Of a DNA stretch of 64,000 bases, positions 46,556-54,245 are shown in pieces (positions within the stretch are counted from its first letter, which is position 1; the number at the start of each line of letters is the position of its first letter). This stretch comes from an uncultured Alphaproteobacteria bacterium. Its GTDB lineage: Bacteria > Pseudomonadota > Alphaproteobacteria > Micavibrionales > CSBR16-224. The notes below the pieces were generated by a model that saw only the letters and a list, made by a program, of their open reading frames with translations, ran no database searches and was not told where the DNA came from. The stretch spans positions 623,255-687,254 of the forward strand of contig CATLPD010000001.1 in NCBI GenBank assembly GCA_950054485.1. Direction: 5' to 3'. The translations under genes and the position numbers were made by a program.

Positions 46556-47419
46556 ATGGCCGAGAGTTTAGAAAATCTCCCGCCCCTCCGCGAGGTTATA
46601 CAGACCTATGATCTGGGCGCAAAAAAGTCGTTGGGTCAGAACTTTTTGTTTGATTTGAATTTAACGCGCAAGATTGCCCGTGCGGCAAATCTTGGTCCGA
46701 ATACCCATGTCATTGAAATCGGCCCCGGTCCGGGCGGTTTGACACGCGCCCTTTTAGAGCAGGATATCATAAAGCTGACAGCCGTGGAGCGCGATCAAAG
46801 ATGCGTAAATGCGCTAAACGACTACGTCAAACCCGTTGTCGGGGACAAGCTTGAAATCATTGAAGGGGATGCACTGGAAATTGACCCTGCCGATATTACA
46901 AAAGCGCCCCGCGCGATTGTCGCAAACTTACCTTATAACGTTGCAACGCCGCTTTTGATTGGCTGGCTGCAAAATGCAACGGCCTATGAAAGCATGACTC
47001 TGATGTTTCAAAAGGAAGTTGCAATGCGTATCACGGCAGAAGTCGGAACGAAAGCTTACGGGCGCCTGTCCGTATTGGCGCAATGGCTGTGTGAATGCAG
47101 CCGCGTTTTCGATGTTCCCGCCAGCGCCTTTACACCGCCACCGAAAATCACGTCATCAATTGTACGGTTGGTGCCCAAAGTACTTGGGGATGATCAACCA
47201 GCGATTAAAACGATTGAAATTGTGACGGGCCTTGCTTTTGGCCAGCGCCGTAAAATGTTGCGTCAAAGCCTGAAATCGATGGTGCCTGACATTCAGGAGT
47301 TTTTGAAAGCTTGCGGGATAGAAGAGACCTTGCGCGCAGATGCATTATCAGTAGATCATTACATCAAAATTGCGAAAGCCTACGAAGCGGGGTTCAATTC
47401 TTCGGAAATGAATTTCTGA
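46556..47419 (+). CDS. rsmA: 16S rRNA (adenine1518/1519-N6)-dimethyltransferase
   Basis: 287 aa. KKSLGQNFLFDLN..., VIEIGPGPGGLT, ...IVANLPYNVATPLL. Confidence 0.92.
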   Translation: MAESLENLPPLREVIQTYDLGAKKSLGQNFLFDLNLTRKIARAANLGPNTHVIEIGPGPGGLTRALLEQDIIKLTAVERDQRCVNALNDYVKPVVGDKLEIIEGDALEIDPADITKAPRAIVANLPYNVATPLLIGWLQNATAYESMTLMFQKEVAMRITAEVGTKAYGRLSVLAQWLCECSRVFDVPASAFTPPPKITSSIVRLVPKVLGDDQPAIKTIEIVTGLAFGQRRKMLRQSLKSMVPDIQEFLKACGIEETLRADALSVDHYIKIAKAYEAGFNSSEMNF

Positions 47420-48042
47420 AGCCCGACCAGACGGCGGCGTTTCATGCGCTCCGCGACCAAAATGGCCTGAACGCGGCGTGTGGCATCTTCCAGATCGCGG
47501 TTGATAATCACGTAATCATATTCGGCATAATGTGAAATTTCAGCAGCAGCCCGTGACATACGGAAACTGATTTCATCCTGACTGTCCATGCCGCGTCCCT
47601 GCAGGCGTTTTTCCAGTTCCGACCAGCTGGGCGGCAAAATAAAGATTGAAACGACATCCTGTGGCGCTTGTTCCTTGATCAGGCGCGTGCCCTGCCAGTC
47701 GATATCAAATAAAACATCCATCCCGTTTTTCAGGGCTTCGTCAACGGGCTGGCGCGGCGTGCCGTAACGATGCTGGAATACGGTTGCATGTTCCAGAAAT
47801 TCTTTATTATCGACCATTGTCTGAAATGCAGCGTCATCAACAAAATGATAATGTGTTCCGTTTTCTTCGTTTTGGCGCTTGGCGCGGGTTGTGGCCGAAA
47901 TTGAAACCTTGATATTATCATCGCGTTCCATCAACAGACGCGAAATCGTTGTTTTCCCGGCACCTGATGGGGATGATAAAACAAACATCAAACCGCGGCG
48001 GGTTAATTGTGTTGGAAAACTGAGTTTTACGGATTCGTTCAT
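47380..48042 (-). CDS. gmk: guanylate kinase
   Basis: 220 aa. P-loop LSSPSGAGKTT, ...ATTRAKRQNEENGTHYHFV..., ...YDYVIIN. Confidence 0.92.
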   Translation of the reverse strand: MNESVKLSFPTQLTRRGLMFVLSSPSGAGKTTISRLLMERDDNIKVSISATTRAKRQNEENGTHYHFVDDAAFQTMVDNKEFLEHATVFQHRYGTPRQPVDEALKNGMDVLFDIDWQGTRLIKEQAPQDVVSIFILPPSWSELEKRLQGRGMDSQDEISFRMSRAAAEISHYAEYDYVIINRDLEDATRRVQAILVAERMKRRRLVGLQKFISEELNPAS

Positions 48043-48123
48043 ATCAAGGCCATGGTTTGATTGTCTTTTCTATTTATAGACATTTGTTTTTTTCAGGTCC
48101 AGCCCCAGTTTGCTAAAAAATAT

Positions 48124-48152
48124 TTGACATAACGTTAAAGTTCGGTTAATGT
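48124..48152 (+). promoter_or_regulatory. near-consensus sigma70 promoter candidate
   Basis: TTGACA (48124-48129), 17 nt spacer, TAATGT (48147-48152). Downstream are AAGGAG (48188-48193) and ATG 48199. Confidence 0.5.
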
Positions 48153-48198
48153 GGAGTCGGTTTTAGTAAAACACATGATATTTAACAAGGAGATCAAA

Positions 48199-48426
48199 AT
48201 GAAAAAACCAACTAAAGAAGAATTTACAAGCGCAGCCAAAAAAACAGGTAAATGGATTAAAGAAAACCCGATTAAAAGTGCTGTCGGCTTTTTCATTCTG
48301 CCAGTCGATCTAATGATCGGTGCGCCGATGTCTATTGCGATTACAGCGGGTGGCCTTGGCTATGGCGGTTACAAATATGCACAAGATGAAAAGAAAAAAG
48401 GTCCAAAAGGCCCGGGTCAGGAATAA
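48199..48426 (+). CDS. small membrane protein, Gly-rich hairpin with Lys-rich flanks
   Basis: Track ORF starts at 48151 (GTG). ATG 48199 with a strong SD gives the 75 aa protein MKKPTKEEFTSAAKKTGKWIKENPIKSAVGFFILPVDLMIGAPMSIAITAGGLGYGGYKYAQDEKKKGPKGPGQE. Confidence 0.55.
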   Translation: MKKPTKEEFTSAAKKTGKWIKENPIKSAVGFFILPVDLMIGAPMSIAITAGGLGYGGYKYAQDEKKKGPKGPGQE

Positions 48427-48463
48427 TCCTGTTAATCTTTTACAATTTTGAAAGGATAGCCAA

Positions 48464-48718
48464 ATGGCAGATAAGAAAAAAGGCGGATTGATTAAGTCGT
48501 TCACAGACCCCGCTAAAAAATGGGTTATAGACCCTGTTAAAAAACACCCCCGCAAAATTGCCACAGGGGCTGGTCTGTTGATCGGTATCCCGGGCTATGA
48601 GACATTCCTGATTGCTGAGACAATTGTCGGTGCAGGTATCGGCTGGGTAGTGGGTGACCGCGCGGATAAAGGCGCCAAATGGGCTGCCAAGAAAAACCCG
48701 CTTAAAAAGAAAAAATAA
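48464..48718 (+). CDS. small membrane protein, Gly-rich hairpin with Lys-rich flanks
   Basis: 84 aa. MADKKKGGLIKSFTDPAKKWVIDPVKKHPRKIATGAGLLIGIPGYETFLIAETIVGAGIGWVVGDRADKGAKWAAKKNPLKKKK. SD aaagga upstream. Confidence 0.55.
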   Translation: MADKKKGGLIKSFTDPAKKWVIDPVKKHPRKIATGAGLLIGIPGYETFLIAETIVGAGIGWVVGDRADKGAKWAAKKNPLKKKK

Positions 48719-48723
48719 GCTTT

Positions 48724-48951
48724 CTATAATTTCAAAAGCGTCAGATGCCATCCGGTGTCTGACGTTTTTTTATGCGTGATTTTAAAGTCCTGCTGTTCTT
48801 TCTGAAATAATTCAAATTCACGAATGGATGACGGGTCGGTTCCATTGATCTCGACACTTTCACCCACTTTCATGTCCTGCAGCTTTTTTTGTGCGCGCAA
48901 AACGGGCAAGGGGCAAAGCAAATGGCGCGCATCGATTGTGTAATCAGCCAT
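48724..48951 (-). CDS. TusA/SirA-family sulfurtransferase-like protein
   Basis: Track ORF extends to 48978. ATG 48951 gives the 75 aa protein MADYTIDARHLLCPLPVLRAQKKLQDMKVGESVEI..., with the TusA-type CP-x-P cysteine motif. Confidence 0.75.
   Translation of the reverse strand: MADYTIDARHLLCPLPVLRAQKKLQDMKVGESVEINGTDPSSIREFELFQKEQQDFKITHKKTSDTGWHLTLLKL
48739..48771 (+). terminator. rho-independent terminator (embedded in the 3' end of the convergent tusA-like gene)
   Basis: cgtcaga (48739-48745) pairs with tctgacg (48758-48764); the inner pairs cc/gg extend the stem. It is followed by ttttttt (48765-48771). Confidence 0.7.
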
Positions 48952-49744
48952 AGAATTCATGCTCCTGCAATAAATCATAAACAGTTTTAACGGGCAGGCT
49001 GTGCAGGCTGTCTTGCAAGCAGACGACTTTTTTTCCTTTGGGCGGTTGATCGGGCAGTTCGTCTTTATCCGATATCAGGCACAATACGGGACAATCCGCA
49101 AAGGCAATCAGGTATAAATCAGGCCTGTCATGACCGATGCAGAACAAGGCATGATGCCCCAGCGCCACCATATCCAGCCAGTCGATCTGCCCCGTAAAAT
49201 CAAGGGCGGTCGGGCATATTTTCTCAATCCGTTCAATGGCACGTGTATCAGCGCTCTTACCGATCAGAATAGGCGTGATTTTATCCTGTGATATTTTTTT
49301 ACAGAGGGTCCCCATGCGCGTTGCCGACCAGGTATCTTCGTCCTTTTCAGGCACATGAATCAGGGCAAAGCGATTAGGCAATTGATAAAAACTGATATCG
49401 CGTTGGCACCAGCCTTTTAAGACCTTTCCGTTTTGATCGGGAAGGGGATCAGTTGCCACCAACGGCGGTTTTTGTTTACCGGTGCTGTAAATCTTATCAA
49501 ATCCAAAGCCCTTCAAACGCAACCGGAAAATAAACCAAGACAAAATATTACGACCAAGCGGCATCGGCGCATCCCAGACGGCGTTGAAATATCCGCTTTG
49601 GTTTGCGACATCGACATAGGGGCGTTTTGTGATAAATGTTATATGTGTATCTTGTTGAGATTGATGAAAGCGCGATAAATCAGGCAGCGACAGGGCCAGA
49701 TCCTTTAGACCCCCATCATGTAATATGCCGATTTTTTGTGCCAT
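48944..49744 (-). CDS. glycosyltransferase family 9 (heptosyltransferase)-like protein
   Basis: 266 aa. N-terminal IGILHDGGLKDLALSLPDLSRFHQSQQDTHITFIT resembles the GT9 N-terminal (R)xGxxGD-type block. Shorter than typical GT9, so the assignment is tentative. Confidence 0.5.
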   Translation of the reverse strand: MAQKIGILHDGGLKDLALSLPDLSRFHQSQQDTHITFITKRPYVDVANQSGYFNAVWDAPMPLGRNILSWFIFRLRLKGFGFDKIYSTGKQKPPLVATDPLPDQNGKVLKGWCQRDISFYQLPNRFALIHVPEKDEDTWSATRMGTLCKKISQDKITPILIGKSADTRAIERIEKICPTALDFTGQIDWLDMVALGHHALFCIGHDRPDLYLIAFADCPVLCLISDKDELPDQPPKGKKVVCLQDSLHSLPVKTVYDLLQEHEFYG

Positions 49745-49750
49745 TTTATA

Positions 49751-51022
49751 TTATTGTGATTGGGCGCGTAATTCTGCTGTTTCGTACTCAAGCTCAACAG
49801 CGCTACCCTCTGTCTTTTGTTGGCGGGGCAGATCGTTTGCGCCCAAGAGGTCGGCATAAACATCAAGTGTTTTACTGCACATTTGTTCGACGGTAAAGCT
49901 GTCGGCTACATGTGACATACCGCGGGTTGCCAAAATGGCGCGTTCTTTGACGTTCAGATTCAGCGCTTCATCCAATGCTTCGGCAAAAGCGTTTGTATCA
50001 TCCAGATCAATCAACCACCCGGTTTCGTTTTTCACAATCGTCTCACGCGCGCCGCCGTGATCGGTTGCGATGATGGGGCGCCCCATGGCCTGCGCCTCGA
50101 CCGGAACACGTCCGAATCCTTCGGGTACCAGGGATGGGCAAACAACAACCGTCGACAACATATAGGCGGCCGGCATGTCTTTGCAGAAATCAACGATACG
50201 GACCTGCGATGACAGGTTTTTACTGTCGATATGATGCATCAGTTCTTGTGAATAGCCTGAATTCTTTTCAACTGTGCCCAGCATAATACAAAAAACGTCC
50301 TTGTTTTTCAGCTTTGCAATGGCATCGACCAGAAACTTGTGCCCCTTCAGGCGGGTCAGACGGGCCGGCATAAAGATAATAGGCGCCCCTTCGGGAATAC
50401 GCCATTCTTCGGATAGGCGCACAAGGCGGTCAGGCGTAACAGAATTGGGATGGAATTTTTCCAGCGCAAGGCCGCGATGAATAACGCGAATGCGTGTCGG
50501 GTTGACATCATATTCTGTCTCCAGATGGTCCGCCAGAAAGTGCGAGACAACAATCACACGTTCGCCTTTGGTAATGGCACTGTTATAGGCGCGTTTAAAA
50601 CCGTTTTGAATTTTATGCGCCGCGTGAACACTTGTGACGAATTTAACACCGGATTTTTCAGCGGCTTTCTTGGCGCTCCACGCCGGGGCGCGGCTGCAGG
50701 CATGAACAACATCAACATTGTGTTCGCGGATCAGATTTTGCAGGCGCTTAACGTTGCGCATCATCGTAATCGGGTTTTTGCTGTTAACGGGGGCCTCGAT
50801 ATGAATGCCGCCGGCACGCTGTATTTCATGTACGCGTGCACCGCCGCTGGATACAACAATTGATTTTCCGCCAGCTTCGATAATCGCCTGATTGATGTCA
50901 ATGACACCCTGTTCCACCCCACCGGCGTGCAGTGCGGGCAAAATCTGCATTATCGTTGGCGCACCTTTGGCGGCGACATAATTTTGAAAGGGCAGAGAGC
51001 CTTTTTCGTTGATTCTCAGCAT
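49751..51022 (-). CDS. glycosyltransferase family 4 (GT-B, group 1)
   Basis: Track ORF extends to 51082. Candidate starts are 51022 (MLRINEK...) or 50950 (MQILPALHAGGVEQG...). C-terminal VCPSLVPEGFGRVPVEAQAMGRPIIATDHGGARETI is the GT4 E-x7-E region. Confidence 0.8.
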   Translation of the reverse strand: MLRINEKGSLPFQNYVAAKGAPTIMQILPALHAGGVEQGVIDINQAIIEAGGKSIVVSSGGARVHEIQRAGGIHIEAPVNSKNPITMMRNVKRLQNLIREHNVDVVHACSRAPAWSAKKAAEKSGVKFVTSVHAAHKIQNGFKRAYNSAITKGERVIVVSHFLADHLETEYDVNPTRIRVIHRGLALEKFHPNSVTPDRLVRLSEEWRIPEGAPIIFMPARLTRLKGHKFLVDAIAKLKNKDVFCIMLGTVEKNSGYSQELMHHIDSKNLSSQVRIVDFCKDMPAAYMLSTVVVCPSLVPEGFGRVPVEAQAMGRPIIATDHGGARETIVKNETGWLIDLDDTNAFAEALDEALNLNVKERAILATRGMSHVADSFTVEQMCSKTLDVYADLLGANDLPRQQKTEGSAVELEYETAELRAQSQ

Positions 51023-51159
51023 AGATTTGGCCTTTGTTAATATTCCTACAATATATTTAGCGTCTATTGCGGGAAATACCAACAGTAAATGTGATCAAAG
51101 CTTGACTTATATGCCCCGTCAGGCAAGATGTTTGCTAGGAAAACACAAGGAATAGAGAA

Positions 51160-53172
51160 ATGTCTATGGCTCAAAAAAACGCATCACAAGTCAATATCAC
51201 CCTGCCTGACGGTAGTGTGCGAACATATGATGCGCCTGTGACAGGTCTTGAAATTGCCGAAAGCATCGGTGCGGGTCTGGCCAAGGCTGCGCTTGCGGTT
51301 AAAAAAGATGGCGAACTTTATGATCTGGGGCGTAAAATCTCGAATGACTCTGAAATTGCCATCGTCACCAGCCGCGACGAGGCCGATGCTCTGGAACTGG
51401 TGCGTCACGATTTCGCACATGTTTTGGCCGAAGCAGTACAATCATTATTTCCCGGCACGCAAATTACGTTCGGCCCGTCAACAGAAGACGGTTTTTATTA
51501 CGATTTTGCGCCTAAGGATCGCCCTTTTACGGATGAAGATCTGCCGGCGATTGAAGAAGAAATGCGCCGCATTATCAAGGCCGATAAACCGTTAAAGCGC
51601 GAAGTTTGGAGCCGTGAAGATTTAATCAAACGCTGGAAAAAAGACGGCGAAACTTTTAAGGCCGAATGGGCTGCCGAATTGCCGGAAGGCGAGGAGCTGA
51701 CTGTCTATTGGTCGGGCGAAGACTGGCTGGATATGTGTAAAGGCCCGCATTTGGTTTCAACCGGCAAGCTTGACCCGAAAGCCTTCAAACTGACGCGTGT
51801 GTCGGGTGCCTATTGGCGTGGGGATCAGAATAACGCGATGCTGTCCCGCATCTATGGAACAGGCTGGCTTGATAAAAAACAATTGGCCGAACATATGGTG
51901 CGTCTGGAAGAGGCCGCAAAGCGTGATCATCGCAAATTGGGCGCGGAAATGGATTTATTCCACCTGCAAGAAGAGGCACAGGGCTCGGTCTTCTGGCATG
52001 ACAAGGGTTATACGATCTGGCGCATGTTAGAACGCTATATCCGCGCTAAACTGGAGGAGGCCGAATACATCGAGGTTAAAACACCCCAACTGATGGATGC
52101 CCGACAGTGGGAGAAATCAGGTCACTGGGGTAAATACCGCGAAAATATGTTTGTTGTGCCGGACGAAATTCCAAATACGGATGATGATGCACCGATTTTA
52201 TCAGGTGATGCTGATTTCATGGCGCTGAAACCGATGAACTGCCCGGCGCATATCCTGATTTTTAAACAGGGTATCAAATCATACCGCGATCTGCCAATCC
52301 GCATGGCGGAATTCGGCTGCTGCCACAGAAACGAGCCGCATGGCGCCTTGCACGGTATCATGCGTGTGCGTCAGTTCACACAGGACGATGCGCATATTTT
52401 CTGCCGTGAAGACCAGTTGATTGAGGAAATCGGAAAATTCTGTGACCTGCTGGATGATGTGTACAAGGATTTGGGCTTTGAAAGCTATGCGATCAAGTTG
52501 GCCCTGCGCCCCGAACAAAGATACGGATCTGACGAAATGTGGGACAAGGCCGAACAGACCCTGCGCGATGCCGTGAAATCTGTCGGACGCGATACAGATG
52601 AATACGAATGGGAAGAATTGGAAAACGAAGGTGCTTTCTATGCGCCGAAACTGGAATTCCATCTGAAAGATGCGATTGGCCGTACATGGCAGGTCGGGAC
52701 CATTCAGGCGGATACGGTTCTGCCGGAACGCCTTGACGCAAATTATGTGGCCGAGGACGGATCAAAACAGCGCCCGATCATGCTGCACCGCGCAATTCTA
52801 GGGACGTTTGAGCGCTTTATCGGTATTCTGATCGAGCATCATGCCGGCAAGTTGCCATTGTGGTTAGCGCCTGTACAGGCTGTTGTCACAACCATTACCA
52901 GTGAGGCCGATGAATATGCGCAAAACGTTTATCAAAAGCTGAAAGATGCGGGGCTGCGCGTCGAAATCGATTTGCGCAATGAAAAGATCAACAAGAAAAT
53001 CCGTGATCATTCATTGACCAAGACACAGTTGATTTTGGTTGTCGGTGGCAGAGAAGCCGAGGAACAAACTGTAGCCCTTCGCCGTTTGGGGGGTAAGGAT
53101 CAGGAAATGCTGAAACTGGATGATGCTGTTGCGAAAATTCGCGAGGAATGCAAATCGCCTCTGGACAATTAA
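51160..53172 (+). CDS. thrS: threonine--tRNA ligase
   Basis: 670 aa. TGS domain ([12 protein letters not shown]), second additional domain, class II core ([10 protein letters not shown]..., [27 protein letters not shown]), anticodon-binding C-terminus. Confidence 0.96.
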   Translation: MSMAQKNASQVNITLPDGSVRTYDAPVTGLEIAESIGAGLAKAALAVKKDGELYDLGRKISNDSEIAIVTSRDEADALELVRHDFAHVLAEAVQSLFPGTQITFGPSTEDGFYYDFAPKDRPFTDEDLPAIEEEMRRIIKADKPLKREVWSREDLIKRWKKDGETFKAEWAAELPEGEELTVYWSGEDWLDMCKGPHLVSTGKLDPKAFKLTRVSGAYWRGDQNNAMLSRIYGTGWLDKKQLAEHMVRLEEAAKRDHRKLGAEMDLFHLQEEAQGSVFWHDKGYTIWRMLERYIRAKLEEAEYIEVKTPQLMDARQWEKSGHWGKYRENMFVVPDEIPNTDDDAPILSGDADFMALKPMNCPAHILIFKQGIKSYRDLPIRMAEFGCCHRNEPHGALHGIMRVRQFTQDDAHIFCREDQLIEEIGKFCDLLDDVYKDLGFESYAIKLALRPEQRYGSDEMWDKAEQTLRDAVKSVGRDTDEYEWEELENEGAFYAPKLEFHLKDAIGRTWQVGTIQADTVLPERLDANYVAEDGSKQRPIMLHRAILGTFERFIGILIEHHAGKLPLWLAPVQAVVTTITSEADEYAQNVYQKLKDAGLRVEIDLRNEKINKKIRDHSLTKTQLILVVGGREAEEQTVALRRLGGKDQEMLKLDDAVAKIREECKSPLDN

Positions 53173-53253
53173 TTCTGATCGAATATGTTTAAGGATAGAT
53201 TTACCAAAATGTGGTTAAATCATATAAGTTGCAATAAATAAGGAGAGATACCC

Positions 53254-53799
53254 ATAGCACGCCCACCATATAACCGTAAGGGTCCGCAAAAAGAAAAAGG
53301 ACCACGTTCCAACGAGGATATTACAGCCGCAAAAGTCCGTCTTATCGACGAAAACGGCGAAATGTTAGGAGTTATGAGCGCAGAAGAAGCTCTGGAAAAA
53401 GCGCGTGATGCAGGTCTGGACCTGCTGGAGGTCTCACCAAATGCTGATCCGCCTGTTTGTAAAATTATCGACTACGGTAAATATAGATACGAACAGCAGA
53501 AAAAAGCTGCCGCCGCACGTAAAAATCAAAAAGTCGTTGATGTAAAAGAAATCAAAATGCGTCCGATGATTGATACGCATGATTATGAGGTCAAAATGAA
53601 AGCGGCCCATAAGTTCATTGATAATGGCGATAAAGTCAAATTCACAATGCGTTATCGCGGCCGTGAAATGGCGCACCAGGAACTCGGTATGGAAGTTTTG
53701 ATGCGCGCCAAGGATGACCTGGCTGACAAGACCAAGATCGAGCTGCAGCCGAAAATGGAAGGCCGCCAAATGACTATGGTTTTGGCGCCCGACGTATAA
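53254..53799 (+). CDS. infC: translation initiation factor IF-3, non-canonical ATA start
   Basis: The track shows only the ATG-initiated 53362-53799 part. The reading frame is open back to stop TAA at 53239-53241 and encodes (I/M)ARPPYNRKGPQKEKGPRSNEDITAAKVRLIDENGEMLGVMS..., the conserved IF3 N-terminal domain. No ATG/GTG/TTG exists in that stretch. AAGGAG lies at 53240-53245. Confidence 0.88.
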   Translation: MARPPYNRKGPQKEKGPRSNEDITAAKVRLIDENGEMLGVMSAEEALEKARDAGLDLLEVSPNADPPVCKIIDYGKYRYEQQKKAAAARKNQKVVDVKEIKMRPMIDTHDYEVKMKAAHKFIDNGDKVKFTMRYRGREMAHQELGMEVLMRAKDDLADKTKIELQPKMEGRQMTMVLAPDV

Positions 53800-53805
53800 A
53801 AATAA

Positions 53806-53835
53806 AAAACCCCGCTAATGCGGGGTTTAATTTTG
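53806..53835. terminator. bidirectional rho-independent terminator between infC and trxA
   Basis: aaccccgc (53808-53815), loop taat, gcggggtt (53820-53827). An A-run lies before it and taatttt after it, between convergent stops. Confidence 0.8.
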
Positions 53836-53857
53836 TATCAGATTAACGATGAAAGAT

Positions 53858-54178
53858 TTAAACGTTATCGTTCAACCATTTTTGAAGATCAGGCTTGGCC
53901 ATTGCGCCGACATTTTGCGATACGATTTCACCATTCTTGAAAACGATCAGTGTCGGAATTGAACGCACACCGTATTTCGTCGGCGCTTGCGGGCTTTCTT
54001 CGATATTGACCTTGGCAATTTTAACTTTACCGGACATCTCGCCTGACAACTCCTCGAGAATGGGGGCGATTGCCTTGCATGGCGGGCACCATTCGGCCCA
54101 GAAATCCACCAATACCGGTGTGTCTGATTTTAAAACTTCACTTTCAAAATTGGCATCTGTAACTGCAACTGTCGACAT
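53858..54178 (-). CDS. trxA: thioredoxin (WCPPC active-site variant)
   Basis: 106 aa. [22 protein letters not shown]..., ...[16 protein letters not shown]. Conserved position downstream of addA. Confidence 0.9.
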   Translation of the reverse strand: MSTVAVTDANFESEVLKSDTPVLVDFWAEWCPPCKAIAPILEELSGEMSGKVKIAKVNIEESPQAPTKYGVRSIPTLIVFKNGEIVSQNVGAMAKPDLQKWLNDNV

Positions 54179-54245
54179 TATATTATCCTTTTTTCTGCTC
54201 TATTTATATAAGATTAGCGCAGCCAGAATCTAAATCAACCGAAAA

